A program made the position numbers and the translations under genes. 32,000 bases of DNA from Synechococcus sp. A15-24 (GTDB taxonomy: Bacteria > Cyanobacteriota > Cyanobacteriia > PCC-6307 > Cyanobiaceae), in the NCBI RefSeq assembly GCF_014280195.1, contig NZ_CP047960.1, positions 2,160,001 to 2,192,000 of the forward strand, read 5' to 3'. Under the pieces are notes generated by a model. That model was not told the origin of the DNA. It ran no database searches and saw nothing but the letters and a program-made list of their open reading frames with translations. Below, one piece after another: positions 1 through 9,640 of the stretch (positions within the stretch are counted from its first letter, which is position 1; each line of letters begins with the position of its first letter).

Positions 1-1901
<1,901 letters not shown>

Positions 1902-1902
<1 letters not shown>

Positions 1903-1927
1903 AAAAAGCCCCCTTCTAAAAGGGGGC
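1902..1927 (-). terminator. Rho-independent terminator for the minus-strand 5'-nucleotidase gene, possibly also used by ligA
   Basis: The stem GCCCCCTT (1908-1915) pairs with AAGGGGGC (1920-1927) around the loop CTAA. On the minus strand the hairpin is followed by a T-run (plus-strand A-run 1902-1907). It lies between the convergent genes ending at 1902 and 1950. Confidence 0.7.
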
Positions 1928-1949
1928 AGAAATCATTGAACGCTGTTAA

Positions 1950-4190
1950 TCAGACCGTGATCTGAATTGCATTCTGAAGGTCAATCGCCTGATCAGCGGT
2001 GATGCCTTTAACGAGAATCGTACCGGCGTCGTGAATGATCTTGATGCTCCGCTCAGGGTTGCTGGGCTGGGACACTTCAAAGCCGATCGACTCATCGATG
2101 GCGATCACGTCACCCTCTTCAAAACTGAAGCCCATGATTTTATCCTTGCCAGCTGAGCCGACATAAACATCGGCGCCGCCGCGCCCGCGGAGCTTGTCAT
2201 CACCGAAACCGCCATCGAGCAGGTCATCAGCTTTCCGGCCCTTCAGCATGTCGTCACCACGGAGACCTTGAAGTGCGCTGCCAGTACGTGTAGCTACGAG
2301 TTGGTCATTGCCGCGCGTACCCATGATTTCATCAGCGGGGTCCACGAGATCGGCCTGGCTGGGACGGAGCAGAACAGAGCGGGGAGAAGCAATGACGTCA
2401 GCGTCCTTGATGTCGACAACGCCACCGAGTTCCTCAGCGATGTAGGTCGCCAGAATTTCCTGCTCACCAATGACGGTCTCGATCTTGTCCTGAAGCGGAA
2501 CAAAGGCCTGATAGCCATCACCACCACCGGCTTGATAGTTGTTCGTGGCCAGGGTGAAGGTTTCCTCCAGTGCTGCGTCGTTCACGGCGAAGTCCTCGAC
2601 CAGCTCAACGGTGCTGCCGTCATCCCGGGTCACCGTGAGGTTGGCCACACGGCTGGTTTCACTGAGAGACAGCGCCTCTTCCACGCCGGGGCGAAAGGTG
2701 ACGAACTCCAGCTCAACACCGGCAAAGTGTGGAAAACGCCCATCCAGTGCCGGCGCCCGGCTGACGCCGTTTTCAACAATGGCCAGGAACTCAGCGCCGG
2801 TGAGATCCATGATGGTGAGCTGGTTATCGAACGCCAGAGCGGCGTTCACCTGCAGCTTGGTAATCGGGGAAAGACCAGCAATGGTGTCGCGAATGCCGCC
2901 GCCGTTTTTCAGGGCGATATCAGCACGTTTCGTTTCACCGATTTCTGCGAGGTACTCGTTGGCATACCAGAGCGTTGAATCAGCAGCAAGGCGACCCAGG
3001 TTGGTTTCACGGCTGCGGATATCAGCGCGAACGCCATTGAGGCTGTCGTTGGTGGTGCCGACTTCGGCGAAGGCGGCCTCCACCTCATCTGTCGCCAGAA
3101 GAGCTTCGTAGGTGCTCACCACAACGGGATCAGCCACTGCGTCGCCGGAGGTCCAGGCACGGAGAGCGGTTAAACCCTCATCGTTCGTGGGCACAGGGCC
3201 GCTGTTGTCGGCGTCGTAGCTGGTGATCTCACCGTTGTCGTTGAAGTTCACCAACAGGTGGCCCACATAGCGCCAGATCTGCTCGGTGTTGGTGATCAGA
3301 ACGGTGTTGCCCTCGGAATCAGCCGACTGCAGAGGGTAGTTATGCGTGATCGGATTGCCGGCTTCTTCGGTACGCAGCAGGTTGAACGGACCGCTGGGGG
3401 TGTCAGCGGACATGTAACCGGTCATGCCGGCCTGGATGATCACATCGACACCATCCAATTCCGCAGGAAGAACGGATTGATCGGTGTAGTCCTGAGCGTG
3501 ATCAATGAAGATGATTTTATTCACACCTTGATTGGTGAGGCGATCGATCTCCGCCTGAATCAGGGGGAGCGGCTCAAGCACTGGTTCCCGAGCCGTTCCC
3601 TCACCACTGGTGCCACCGATGTAGTCCAGACCGGGCAGGTTGCCATCGGCGACCAGGGAGAACATTTCACTGGGTGAACGGCCGATCAAACCAATCTGCT
3701 CACCGTCGATTTCGATATAAGCGGAGGGTGCAATCTTGCCTGCCAAGTCTTCAACGCTTTGAGCGGGCTCACCGGCGGCGTAGCTCACGAAAGGAGCGGC
3801 ATTGCCGTCCGTATCAACAACGGAGCTGAAGTCGAGGTTGGCGGACAGATGGACGTACTCCGATGCATTCACCATGTCGATGAACTCACCGATGTTCCCA
3901 TCCATCTCATGGTTACCAATGCCATTGGCCTTCACGCCCATGGCATTGAAAATTTTGATATCCGCTAAGCCAGGCTTACCTTCTGTAGTTTCACTAGCAG
4001 AATAAAAGAGATTAGGAAGGGTGTGGTCTCCAGCGGTGACATGAAGGCTGGCCCAACCCTGCGCTGCAGCTTCATCCTGCAAGCCATCAGTGATGGCTGC
4101 GTAATTAACAACCTTGTCCTCAAGTGTATTGACATCCTTGAAGTTGGACTCGTTGTCAGAGCTGTGAATCAGCTGAAGCTGAAAAGCCAT
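1950..4190 (-). CDS. Metallophosphoesterase/5'-nucleotidase-family protein with a C-terminal RTX (hemolysin-type Ca-binding) repeat block; no N-terminal signal peptide
   Basis: It has the calcineurin-like motifs TAGDH and GNHEMDG and the 5'-nucleotidase C-domain-like motif KNGGGIRD. Seven in-register nonapeptides run from GTRGNDQLV through GLRGDDMLK, GRKADDLLD, GGFGDDKLR and GRGGADVYV (about 2133-2321). Composition is AT-richer than the flanks. Confidence 0.85.
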   Translation of the reverse strand: MAFQLQLIHSSDNESNFKDVNTLEDKVVNYAAITDGLQDEAAAQGWASLHVTAGDHTLPNLFYSASETTEGKPGLADIKIFNAMGVKANGIGNHEMDGNIGEFIDMVNASEYVHLSANLDFSSVVDTDGNAAPFVSYAAGEPAQSVEDLAGKIAPSAYIEIDGEQIGLIGRSPSEMFSLVADGNLPGLDYIGGTSGEGTAREPVLEPLPLIQAEIDRLTNQGVNKIIFIDHAQDYTDQSVLPAELDGVDVIIQAGMTGYMSADTPSGPFNLLRTEEAGNPITHNYPLQSADSEGNTVLITNTEQIWRYVGHLLVNFNDNGEITSYDADNSGPVPTNDEGLTALRAWTSGDAVADPVVVSTYEALLATDEVEAAFAEVGTTNDSLNGVRADIRSRETNLGRLAADSTLWYANEYLAEIGETKRADIALKNGGGIRDTIAGLSPITKLQVNAALAFDNQLTIMDLTGAEFLAIVENGVSRAPALDGRFPHFAGVELEFVTFRPGVEEALSLSETSRVANLTVTRDDGSTVELVEDFAVNDAALEETFTLATNNYQAGGGDGYQAFVPLQDKIETVIGEQEILATYIAEELGGVVDIKDADVIASPRSVLLRPSQADLVDPADEIMGTRGNDQLVATRTGSALQGLRGDDMLKGRKADDLLDGGFGDDKLRGRGGADVYVGSAGKDKIMGFSFEEGDVIAIDESIGFEVSQPSNPERSIKIIHDAGTILVKGITADQAIDLQNAIQITV

Positions 4191-4360
4191 GATTTAAAAA
4201 TAAATCGAAAACTAATATTAGATGAAATTTTCGCAGGATTCTTCAGTCCTTGTTGCACGGAGCACACAATGCTGTCTTACGCATTACAAGGTTCAATCCG
4301 TAAAAGTAGCCAGCAGCTTTACACGTTTATCTAACTCTAGTCATAGAAATTATTATGCAT

Positions 4361-4389
4361 AAAAAAACCCCTTGCTGATGCAAGGGGTT
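4361..4389 (-). terminator. Rho-independent terminator of the 4411..6132 gene
   Basis: The stem AACCCCTTGC (4366-4375) pairs with GCAAGGGGTT (4380-4389) around the loop TGAT. On the minus strand the hairpin is followed by a T-run (plus-strand A-run 4361-4367). Confidence 0.75.
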
Positions 4390-4410
4390 GAAGAGATTCG
4401 CTCTATTTGA

Positions 4411-6132
4411 TCAGCCCAGATCAGCCTGACTGATGGCGTAGGTGTCCAGAGTGCGGGACACCTCGTTGGTCACGAACATGTGACCGCTCGTTTTCGTGTC
4501 GTTGACGAAGAGCAGACCTTCTGGGGACAGGGATTCAGGGGATTGGAGAGTGGCCACGTGCTTAACGCGGTCATCGTTGTCTGCCGCATTGATGTCAACA
4601 ACCTCAAAGATGGGAACAATCGTTCCGAGCTCATCTTCATCGCCGTTATTGTAGCAACGCTCCAATGCCACTGCGATGTAGTGACGCTTGTTCTTCTTCT
4701 TGCCAAAGGAGAAGTACTCAACGGTTTCAGGCTCGGTTCCCTTGTCATCGCTGCGGCCGTCGGGGTAGTAGCCGAGTTCAGCAGCAATTTCTTCGGTGAG
4801 ATTGCCAGAGTCGTAAACGACTTCACCCTCATTGTTGTGAATGGAGAAGCCACGGCCGCCAAAACCGACGAGGCTGCCGGTAACAGGGTCGTTCTGATCA
4901 GCCAGGGTTTTCAGGCGACCCTCAGCGATGATCTGTGAGTCGTAGTTGCTCACATCACCGAAGTCTTCCAATTTGCCGGCACGAACCTCATCAGACCAGA
5001 ACTCATCATCCGAGCTGACACCGTACTTCTTGGTGATGAAGAATTCATCACCTTCTTCAGCTTCAAAATCTCCCTCGGAGCCAATACCAGCTTGATCGTA
5101 GACGTAGATCGTTTCAGTCAGACTGAGAGGATCGACAAAGGAATCGATCTCGGCGCCAGTGGAGTTCGTTCCGTAGGAGTAAACACCGTCAGCTTCAGCT
5201 TCGAAGTTGACATCATCTGGGCGAACTCGGCCATCACCCTCATTGGGGGAGATGAACAGAATTTGCTTCTTACCACCAAGCTGGATCTTGAAGGTATCGA
5301 TGCCGTCCGGCATCCGTGCGCTTGTCACGCCTTCTTTAACAGTGGGGTTGTACCCGTCATCCCTATCGGTGGTATCGAAGGGGATACCAGACCAATCCTT
5401 ATAACCAAGGCCGAAGACGCCGGTGATTTTTCCTTTCTTCAGGTTGACTTCAGCCAAAGCGTTGTTTTCCTGCAACGCAACAAGAGCTGTCTTATTACCG
5501 GTAATTCCGACGTACTCAGGCTCGAGGTCGATACGTGCAAAGTTGTTATTGCCCTCTTTCTCAGGGCCATACATCCGTACACCATTGTTCTGGTAATAAC
5601 TGTTATTCTTTGTGAAGTAGAGGATATCAACGGCAGACTTAGAGGGTTTCTTGTTATTGATGTCAATGATTGAAATACTTCCTGGGGGGTTCTGACCTGA
5701 CTCATCGGAGCCGTAGAAATCCAGAGGCTCTCCCTCATCGGCAGTAACCAGCTTGCGGCCGTTCTTCGTAAAGGACAGCTGGTCAGGCTGGAAGCCAACG
5801 TCAACAGAACCGCGACTGATCAGTTCGCCTGCTTCGTAGTTGAAAAACTCAACCTTGCCCTCGCGGGTGTCGCGATCGAAAACAGAGGCCGCGACCAAAC
5901 CCTTTGAGCTCACGCGAACGTCGGAGACGTCGCCTTCCAGATAATACTCAGCAACAACTACTCCCTGGTCGTAACCATTGGAGTAATCAACTGCTACAAC
6001 CTGGCCACCTTTGTCATCGGTGTACTCACCGGTGATAACGAAAGCGGTTTTAGCCGAAGGGTCCCAATCAACCTTTTCAGCTCCACCGGGGTTAACCGAT
6101 TGCAAAGGGCTGATAATTTTGTCGCTGATCAC
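4411..6132 (-). CDS. Putative secreted phosphatase (beta-propeller-like, 'atypical alkaline phosphatase / choice-of-anchor-I'-type); function tentative
   Basis: This is a 573-aa ORF with a GTG start; no in-frame ATG lies upstream before a stop. It is acidic, rich in D/G/N/Y, and has no signal peptide. The functional call rests on my recollection that homologues next to a 5'-nucleotidase in marine Synechococcus are annotated as P-stress alkaline phosphatases. It is not based on a motif I can point to. Confidence 0.65.
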   Translation of the reverse strand: MISDKIISPLQSVNPGGAEKVDWDPSAKTAFVITGEYTDDKGGQVVAVDYSNGYDQGVVVAEYYLEGDVSDVRVSSKGLVAASVFDRDTREGKVEFFNYEAGELISRGSVDVGFQPDQLSFTKNGRKLVTADEGEPLDFYGSDESGQNPPGSISIIDINNKKPSKSAVDILYFTKNNSYYQNNGVRMYGPEKEGNNNFARIDLEPEYVGITGNKTALVALQENNALAEVNLKKGKITGVFGLGYKDWSGIPFDTTDRDDGYNPTVKEGVTSARMPDGIDTFKIQLGGKKQILFISPNEGDGRVRPDDVNFEAEADGVYSYGTNSTGAEIDSFVDPLSLTETIYVYDQAGIGSEGDFEAEEGDEFFITKKYGVSSDDEFWSDEVRAGKLEDFGDVSNYDSQIIAEGRLKTLADQNDPVTGSLVGFGGRGFSIHNNEGEVVYDSGNLTEEIAAELGYYPDGRSDDKGTEPETVEYFSFGKKKNKRHYIAVALERCYNNGDEDELGTIVPIFEVVDINAADNDDRVKHVATLQSPESLSPEGLLFVNDTKTSGHMFVTNEVSRTLDTYAISQADLG

Positions 6133-6170
6133 GGAAAAAAAGACGTACCCGAAGTGAAAATGCCATTCAT

Positions 6171-6200
6171 AAGGAAAGAAAGATTTATGACAGGTTTAAG
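6171..6200 (-). promoter_or_regulatory. Candidate Pho box (three 8-bp units at 11-bp phasing) upstream of 4411..6132
   Basis: The minus strand reads CTTAAACC tgt CATAAATC ttt CTTTCCTT, 39-68 nt upstream of the GTG start. The cyanobacterial Pho box consensus is PyTTAAPyPy(T/A) repeated every 11 bp. Unit 1 matches well and units 2-3 match only partially. Confidence 0.3.
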
Positions 6201-6419
6201 ATCTGGTCAAGCTCTCTTGCGGGACATGTTCGTTGCGCACTAGTCGAACATTCTTGATCTTTTCTTTCTTCTGATGGAACTGCACCGTTGGATCAAAACC
6301 GACTGCGGCAGAGCCAAATTGGCCGATCTTGCAGCGCGCCCAGGTGTTCTTGCGCGCCTGCGCCTGATCTGGTTTGTGCTGATCGCCGCCCTGCGTGACT
6401 GGCCCTTGCCCAACACGGA

Positions 6420-7076
6420 TCAGAGCGGCGACTCATCCTCCTGAAGCGCCTGGCGTGCAGCACGGCTCACCAGAACGACCACACCGATCGTGGCCAGCAC
6501 ACCCGCCACCCGCAAAGCCCAGGTGATCGGATCTGCCTCACCGGCCAGCACCTCACCAAACCGAGCCACATCACCGGCCAGGGCGCCAAGTCCGCAGAAC
6601 AGCACCGTGCCCGGAAGAATCCCGATCAACCCAAGGCTGTAATCCCGCAACGAGACCTCGCTGAGGCCATAGGCCAGATTCAGCAGTGAAAAGGGGAAAG
6701 CCGGCGACAAGCGCGTCAGCAACACCAGCTTCAGCCCCTCCTTGCTGACGGCCCGCTCCACCGCCTGCAGCTTGGGGAGCTGCTCCAATCGGCGCTGGGC
6801 CCAGTCGCGCAGCACCGTGCGACCAAGCAGGAACACCACCACCGCCCCAAGGCTGGCGCCAACGAACACCAGGCCACTGCCAAGCCAGGTGCCATAAAGA
6901 ACCCCGGCCAGCATCGAGGCCCACACCCCCGGCAGCAGCAAGGTCACCCAGAGGGCATAGAGCGGAATGAACGCCACCGCCCCCAGCGGGGAGCGAAGTA
7001 GCTCCAACGCATCCGGGAGCCAGTGCTGAACCAGGGAGATCAATTGGACACCCACCCACTCGGCGGAGCATGGCAC
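6420..7076 (-). CDS. TVP38/TMEM64 (DedA-superfamily) membrane protein
   Basis: The protein is polytopic and hydrophobic and has the family-typical segment LLTRLSPAFPFSLLNLAYGLS. The GTG start directly abuts the upstream stop codon at 7077-7079. The exact start is uncertain. Confidence 0.8.
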   Translation of the reverse strand: MPCSAEWVGVQLISLVQHWLPDALELLRSPLGAVAFIPLYALWVTLLLPGVWASMLAGVLYGTWLGSGLVFVGASLGAVVVFLLGRTVLRDWAQRRLEQLPKLQAVERAVSKEGLKLVLLTRLSPAFPFSLLNLAYGLSEVSLRDYSLGLIGILPGTVLFCGLGALAGDVARFGEVLAGEADPITWALRVAGVLATIGVVVLVSRAARQALQEDESPL

Positions 7077-7865
7077 TCAACTGGAGGCTGAGGTGTAGAA
7101 GCGCAGGGCAAAAAGCCAGAAAGCCCGCGCCGCCGCAAAGAACAGCACCGCCAGAGCCAGGCCCGCCAGCAGGATGGGTGCGGCGGCTTCACCGAGCAGC
7201 ACCTGAGCGGGAACCGTGGTGAGAAACGCCACCGGCAGCACCAGGGTGAAAAGCAGGCGCAGGGCCGGCGGGTAGGCGTTGAGGGGATAACGGCCGGAGG
7301 CCAGCAGAGCCCGCAGCACCTCAGTGGCATTCCAGGTTTTGACGAACCAGATGCTGGTGGCGGCAATCAGGAACCAGAGCGAATAGAGGATCAAGCCACC
7401 GGCCAGCAGCATCACCAGCAGGGTGAAAAGCGCAGACAGACTGAGCACCACACCGGCCTGATGGCTGCCCCAAGCCAAAAGCCCAAGCCCCAGACCGATC
7501 TCCGGCAGCCCCGCCGGCGACAGAGTGCGCAGCGACAGCCAGAACTGGCTGTCGATCGGTTTGAGCAGCACGAAATCCAAGGTGCCCTCACGCACATGGG
7601 TGACGATCGCCCCGAGGTTGGGGCGCAACCAGGTGGTGGCCATGCCGTCGAACACCGTGTAGAGCCCCTGCACCATCAGGGCCTGGGCCCAGCTCCAGCC
7701 CCCCAATGTCTGATCGGGGCCATAGAAGAGCGACAGCAGGAACAGGCTGCCGCTGAGGCTCATCGCCACCGCCAGCAGCTCGATCAGCACGTTGGCCTGG
7801 TATTCCAGCTGTGAGGCCAGGGCCGTCCCCCAGAAGCGACGCAGGGTTCGCCAGTAGCGCCCCAT
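7077..7865 (-). CDS. ABC-2-type transporter permease
   Basis: The protein is polytopic. I place the start at MGRYWRTLRRFWG.., whose ATG overlaps the upstream TGA as TGATG at 7863-7867. The 8036 start in the ORF track would overlap the upstream gene by 170 nt. Confidence 0.8.
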   Translation of the reverse strand: MGRYWRTLRRFWGTALASQLEYQANVLIELLAVAMSLSGSLFLLSLFYGPDQTLGGWSWAQALMVQGLYTVFDGMATTWLRPNLGAIVTHVREGTLDFVLLKPIDSQFWLSLRTLSPAGLPEIGLGLGLLAWGSHQAGVVLSLSALFTLLVMLLAGGLILYSLWFLIAATSIWFVKTWNATEVLRALLASGRYPLNAYPPALRLLFTLVLPVAFLTTVPAQVLLGEAAAPILLAGLALAVLFFAAARAFWLFALRFYTSASS

Positions 7866-8662
7866 CAGGCCCCCATGGCGCTGTAATAACGCACCCCGGC
7901 CCTCCAGAGCAGCAGCACCAACGGCAACAACAACGCGATCCAGGCCAGTTGCGCCCCAAAACCCGCCAACAGATCCACCGGCTGGCCTGCCAACACCCGA
8001 GCCGGGAAATCGATCAAATAGGGGAACGGGGTCCACTGGGCCCAGGCCCGCACCGCCGGCGGGAAGGCCGTGAGCGGCGCCAACAGACCGGACAGGAACA
8101 GGAAGGGAATGAACTGGAGCCGCTCCAAGGCACTGGCCTTCTCACTCCAGAAGCACAGAGCTGCAATCAGGCTCTGGAACAGAAAAGCGATGGCGAAAGC
8201 CATCCAGATGGCCAGCCAGGCCAGCAGGAAGCCCCCCAACGACGGCAACCAGAAGGCTTGCGGCTGCACTGCAAAGAACACGGCAGCGATCAGAGCGGCA
8301 AAAGGCAAACGGGTGAGCTGTTCCCCGAGGTGCGCCGCCACATAGCGCCAGAGCGGGTGCAGCGGTTGCAACAGGTAGGGCGAAAGCCGACCGCTCAGAG
8401 CATCATCCTCAAAGTCGTACACCACCCAAACCACCGAAAACTGGCGCACCAGAAAGGCACTGAGGAAATAGCGATCGAGGGCCACTCCATCGAGACCTAG
8501 CCCTGAACGCGCGTCGCTACCGCTCCAGACGCTCAGCATGATGAATGGCAAGACTCCGGAAAGCGCCCAGAGGGCGATCTCGGCGCGGTACTCGAGCATG
8601 TGGGCGTATTGGCAACCCAGCAGCACGCGGATGATCCGCCGATTCAGCCCGAAGATCCGCAT
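7865..8662 (-). CDS. ABC-2-type transporter permease
   Basis: The protein is polytopic and lies immediately downstream of the ABC ATPase. Its ATG overlaps the ATPase stop codon at 8660-8664. Confidence 0.8.
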   Translation of the reverse strand: MRIFGLNRRIIRVLLGCQYAHMLEYRAEIALWALSGVLPFIMLSVWSGSDARSGLGLDGVALDRYFLSAFLVRQFSVVWVVYDFEDDALSGRLSPYLLQPLHPLWRYVAAHLGEQLTRLPFAALIAAVFFAVQPQAFWLPSLGGFLLAWLAIWMAFAIAFLFQSLIAALCFWSEKASALERLQFIPFLFLSGLLAPLTAFPPAVRAWAQWTPFPYLIDFPARVLAGQPVDLLAGFGAQLAWIALLLPLVLLLWRAGVRYYSAMGA

Positions 8663-9636
8663 CAGACGCGCCCCTGCCGGAACAGCCCACCGATGAGCTC
8701 CTCAATCGGTGGATCGGTGACATCCAAATCGCGCACCGCAAAGCGCTCGAGCAGCTGGGCCACCACGGCGGTGAGCTCATCCCTTGCAACCAGGAGCCGC
8801 ACATCACAGCCATCGATCAGCTCCAGCCTCCCCAAACCCGCGAACACCGCGGGATCAACAGGAGATTCCAACTCCAACCGCACCTCGCGCTCCGGCGCCA
8901 GCTGCTCAGCCAGGGAGTCCAGCGGCCCATCGTGAAACAAGCGTCCCTGGTGGATCAGCAGCACCCGGGGGCACAGGGCCGTGATGTCGGCCATGTAATG
9001 GCTGGTGAGCAGCACAGTGGCTCCTGTGCGGCGGTTGTAGTCAGCCAGGAATGTGCGCACCCTGGCCTGGGCATTCACATCCAGCCCCAGCGTGGGTTCA
9101 TCGAGGAACAGCACCTGCGGCTCGTGCAGGAGCGCCGCCAGGAGTTCGGCCTTCATCCGCTGACCGAGGGAGAGCTTGCGCACCGGCCGGGTGAGCTCCT
9201 CCCCCAGCTCCAGCAGATCAGCCAGCTCACTGATCCGTCGCCGGGCCACGCCATCGGGGATGCCGTACACCGCCGCATTCACCCGCAACGAATCCATCGG
9301 CGGCAGGTCCCAGAGCAGCTGCTGTTTCTGACCCATCACCAAGGTGATCCGCCGCAGGAACTCCGCCTGACGGCGCTGCGGACTGAAGCCCGCCACCTGC
9401 ACCTCCCCAGCGCTGGGGTGAATGAGGCCGCAGAGCATCTTCAAGGTGGTGGTTTTGCCAGCGCCGTTGGCGCCAAGAAAGCCCACCATCTCGCCGGGCT
9501 CGATCCGGAAGGACACGTCCTGCACCGCTGTCACATCCCGGGTGCGGCGGCGAATGAAATGGCGCAGGGTGCCAGCCAGGCCGGGCTGCTTCTCGGCAAC
9601 CCGGTAAGTCTTGCTCAGCCCCTCAACCTGAATCAC
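8662..9636 (-). CDS. ABC transporter ATP-binding protein
   Basis: It has Walker A GANGAGKTT, the signature LSLGQR and Walker B LFLDEPT. It is first in an ATPase-permease-permease arrangement. Confidence 0.93.
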   Translation of the reverse strand: MIQVEGLSKTYRVAEKQPGLAGTLRHFIRRRTRDVTAVQDVSFRIEPGEMVGFLGANGAGKTTTLKMLCGLIHPSAGEVQVAGFSPQRRQAEFLRRITLVMGQKQQLLWDLPPMDSLRVNAAVYGIPDGVARRRISELADLLELGEELTRPVRKLSLGQRMKAELLAALLHEPQVLFLDEPTLGLDVNAQARVRTFLADYNRRTGATVLLTSHYMADITALCPRVLLIHQGRLFHDGPLDSLAEQLAPEREVRLELESPVDPAVFAGLGRLELIDGCDVRLLVARDELTAVVAQLLERFAVRDLDVTDPPIEELIGGLFRQGRV

Positions 9637-9640
9637 CGAC

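Noticed and set aside
4212-4221. A perfect 10-bp palindrome CTAATATTAG, 22-31 nt upstream of the 5'-nucleotidase ATG, considered as a Fur/Zur-type box.
   Set aside because: Symmetry does not extend beyond 5+5 bp, so it does not fit the 7-1-7 TGATAAT-n-ATTATCA layout. Such short AT palindromes are common in AT-rich leaders.
6274-6444. A 56-codon plus-strand ORF (MELHRWIKTDCGRAKLADLAARPGVLARLRLIWFVLIAAL..) in the gap between the phosphatase gene and the TVP38 gene.
   Set aside because: It has backbone-like GC and one hydrophobic stretch, but no motif and no obvious ribosome-binding context. It overlaps the 3' end of the convergent TVP38 gene. It could be real or a gene remnant, and I cannot support it from sequence alone.
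7866-8036. The N-terminal extension of the permease ORF (track start 8036), and likewise the extensions at 24230-24280 (helicase), 29525-29584 (DLH), 30977-31045 (speB) and 18235-18465.
   Set aside because: Each extension overlaps the preceding gene. An internal start exists that forms a stop/start overlap (TGATG or ATGA) or a short gap, matching the family-typical N-terminus.
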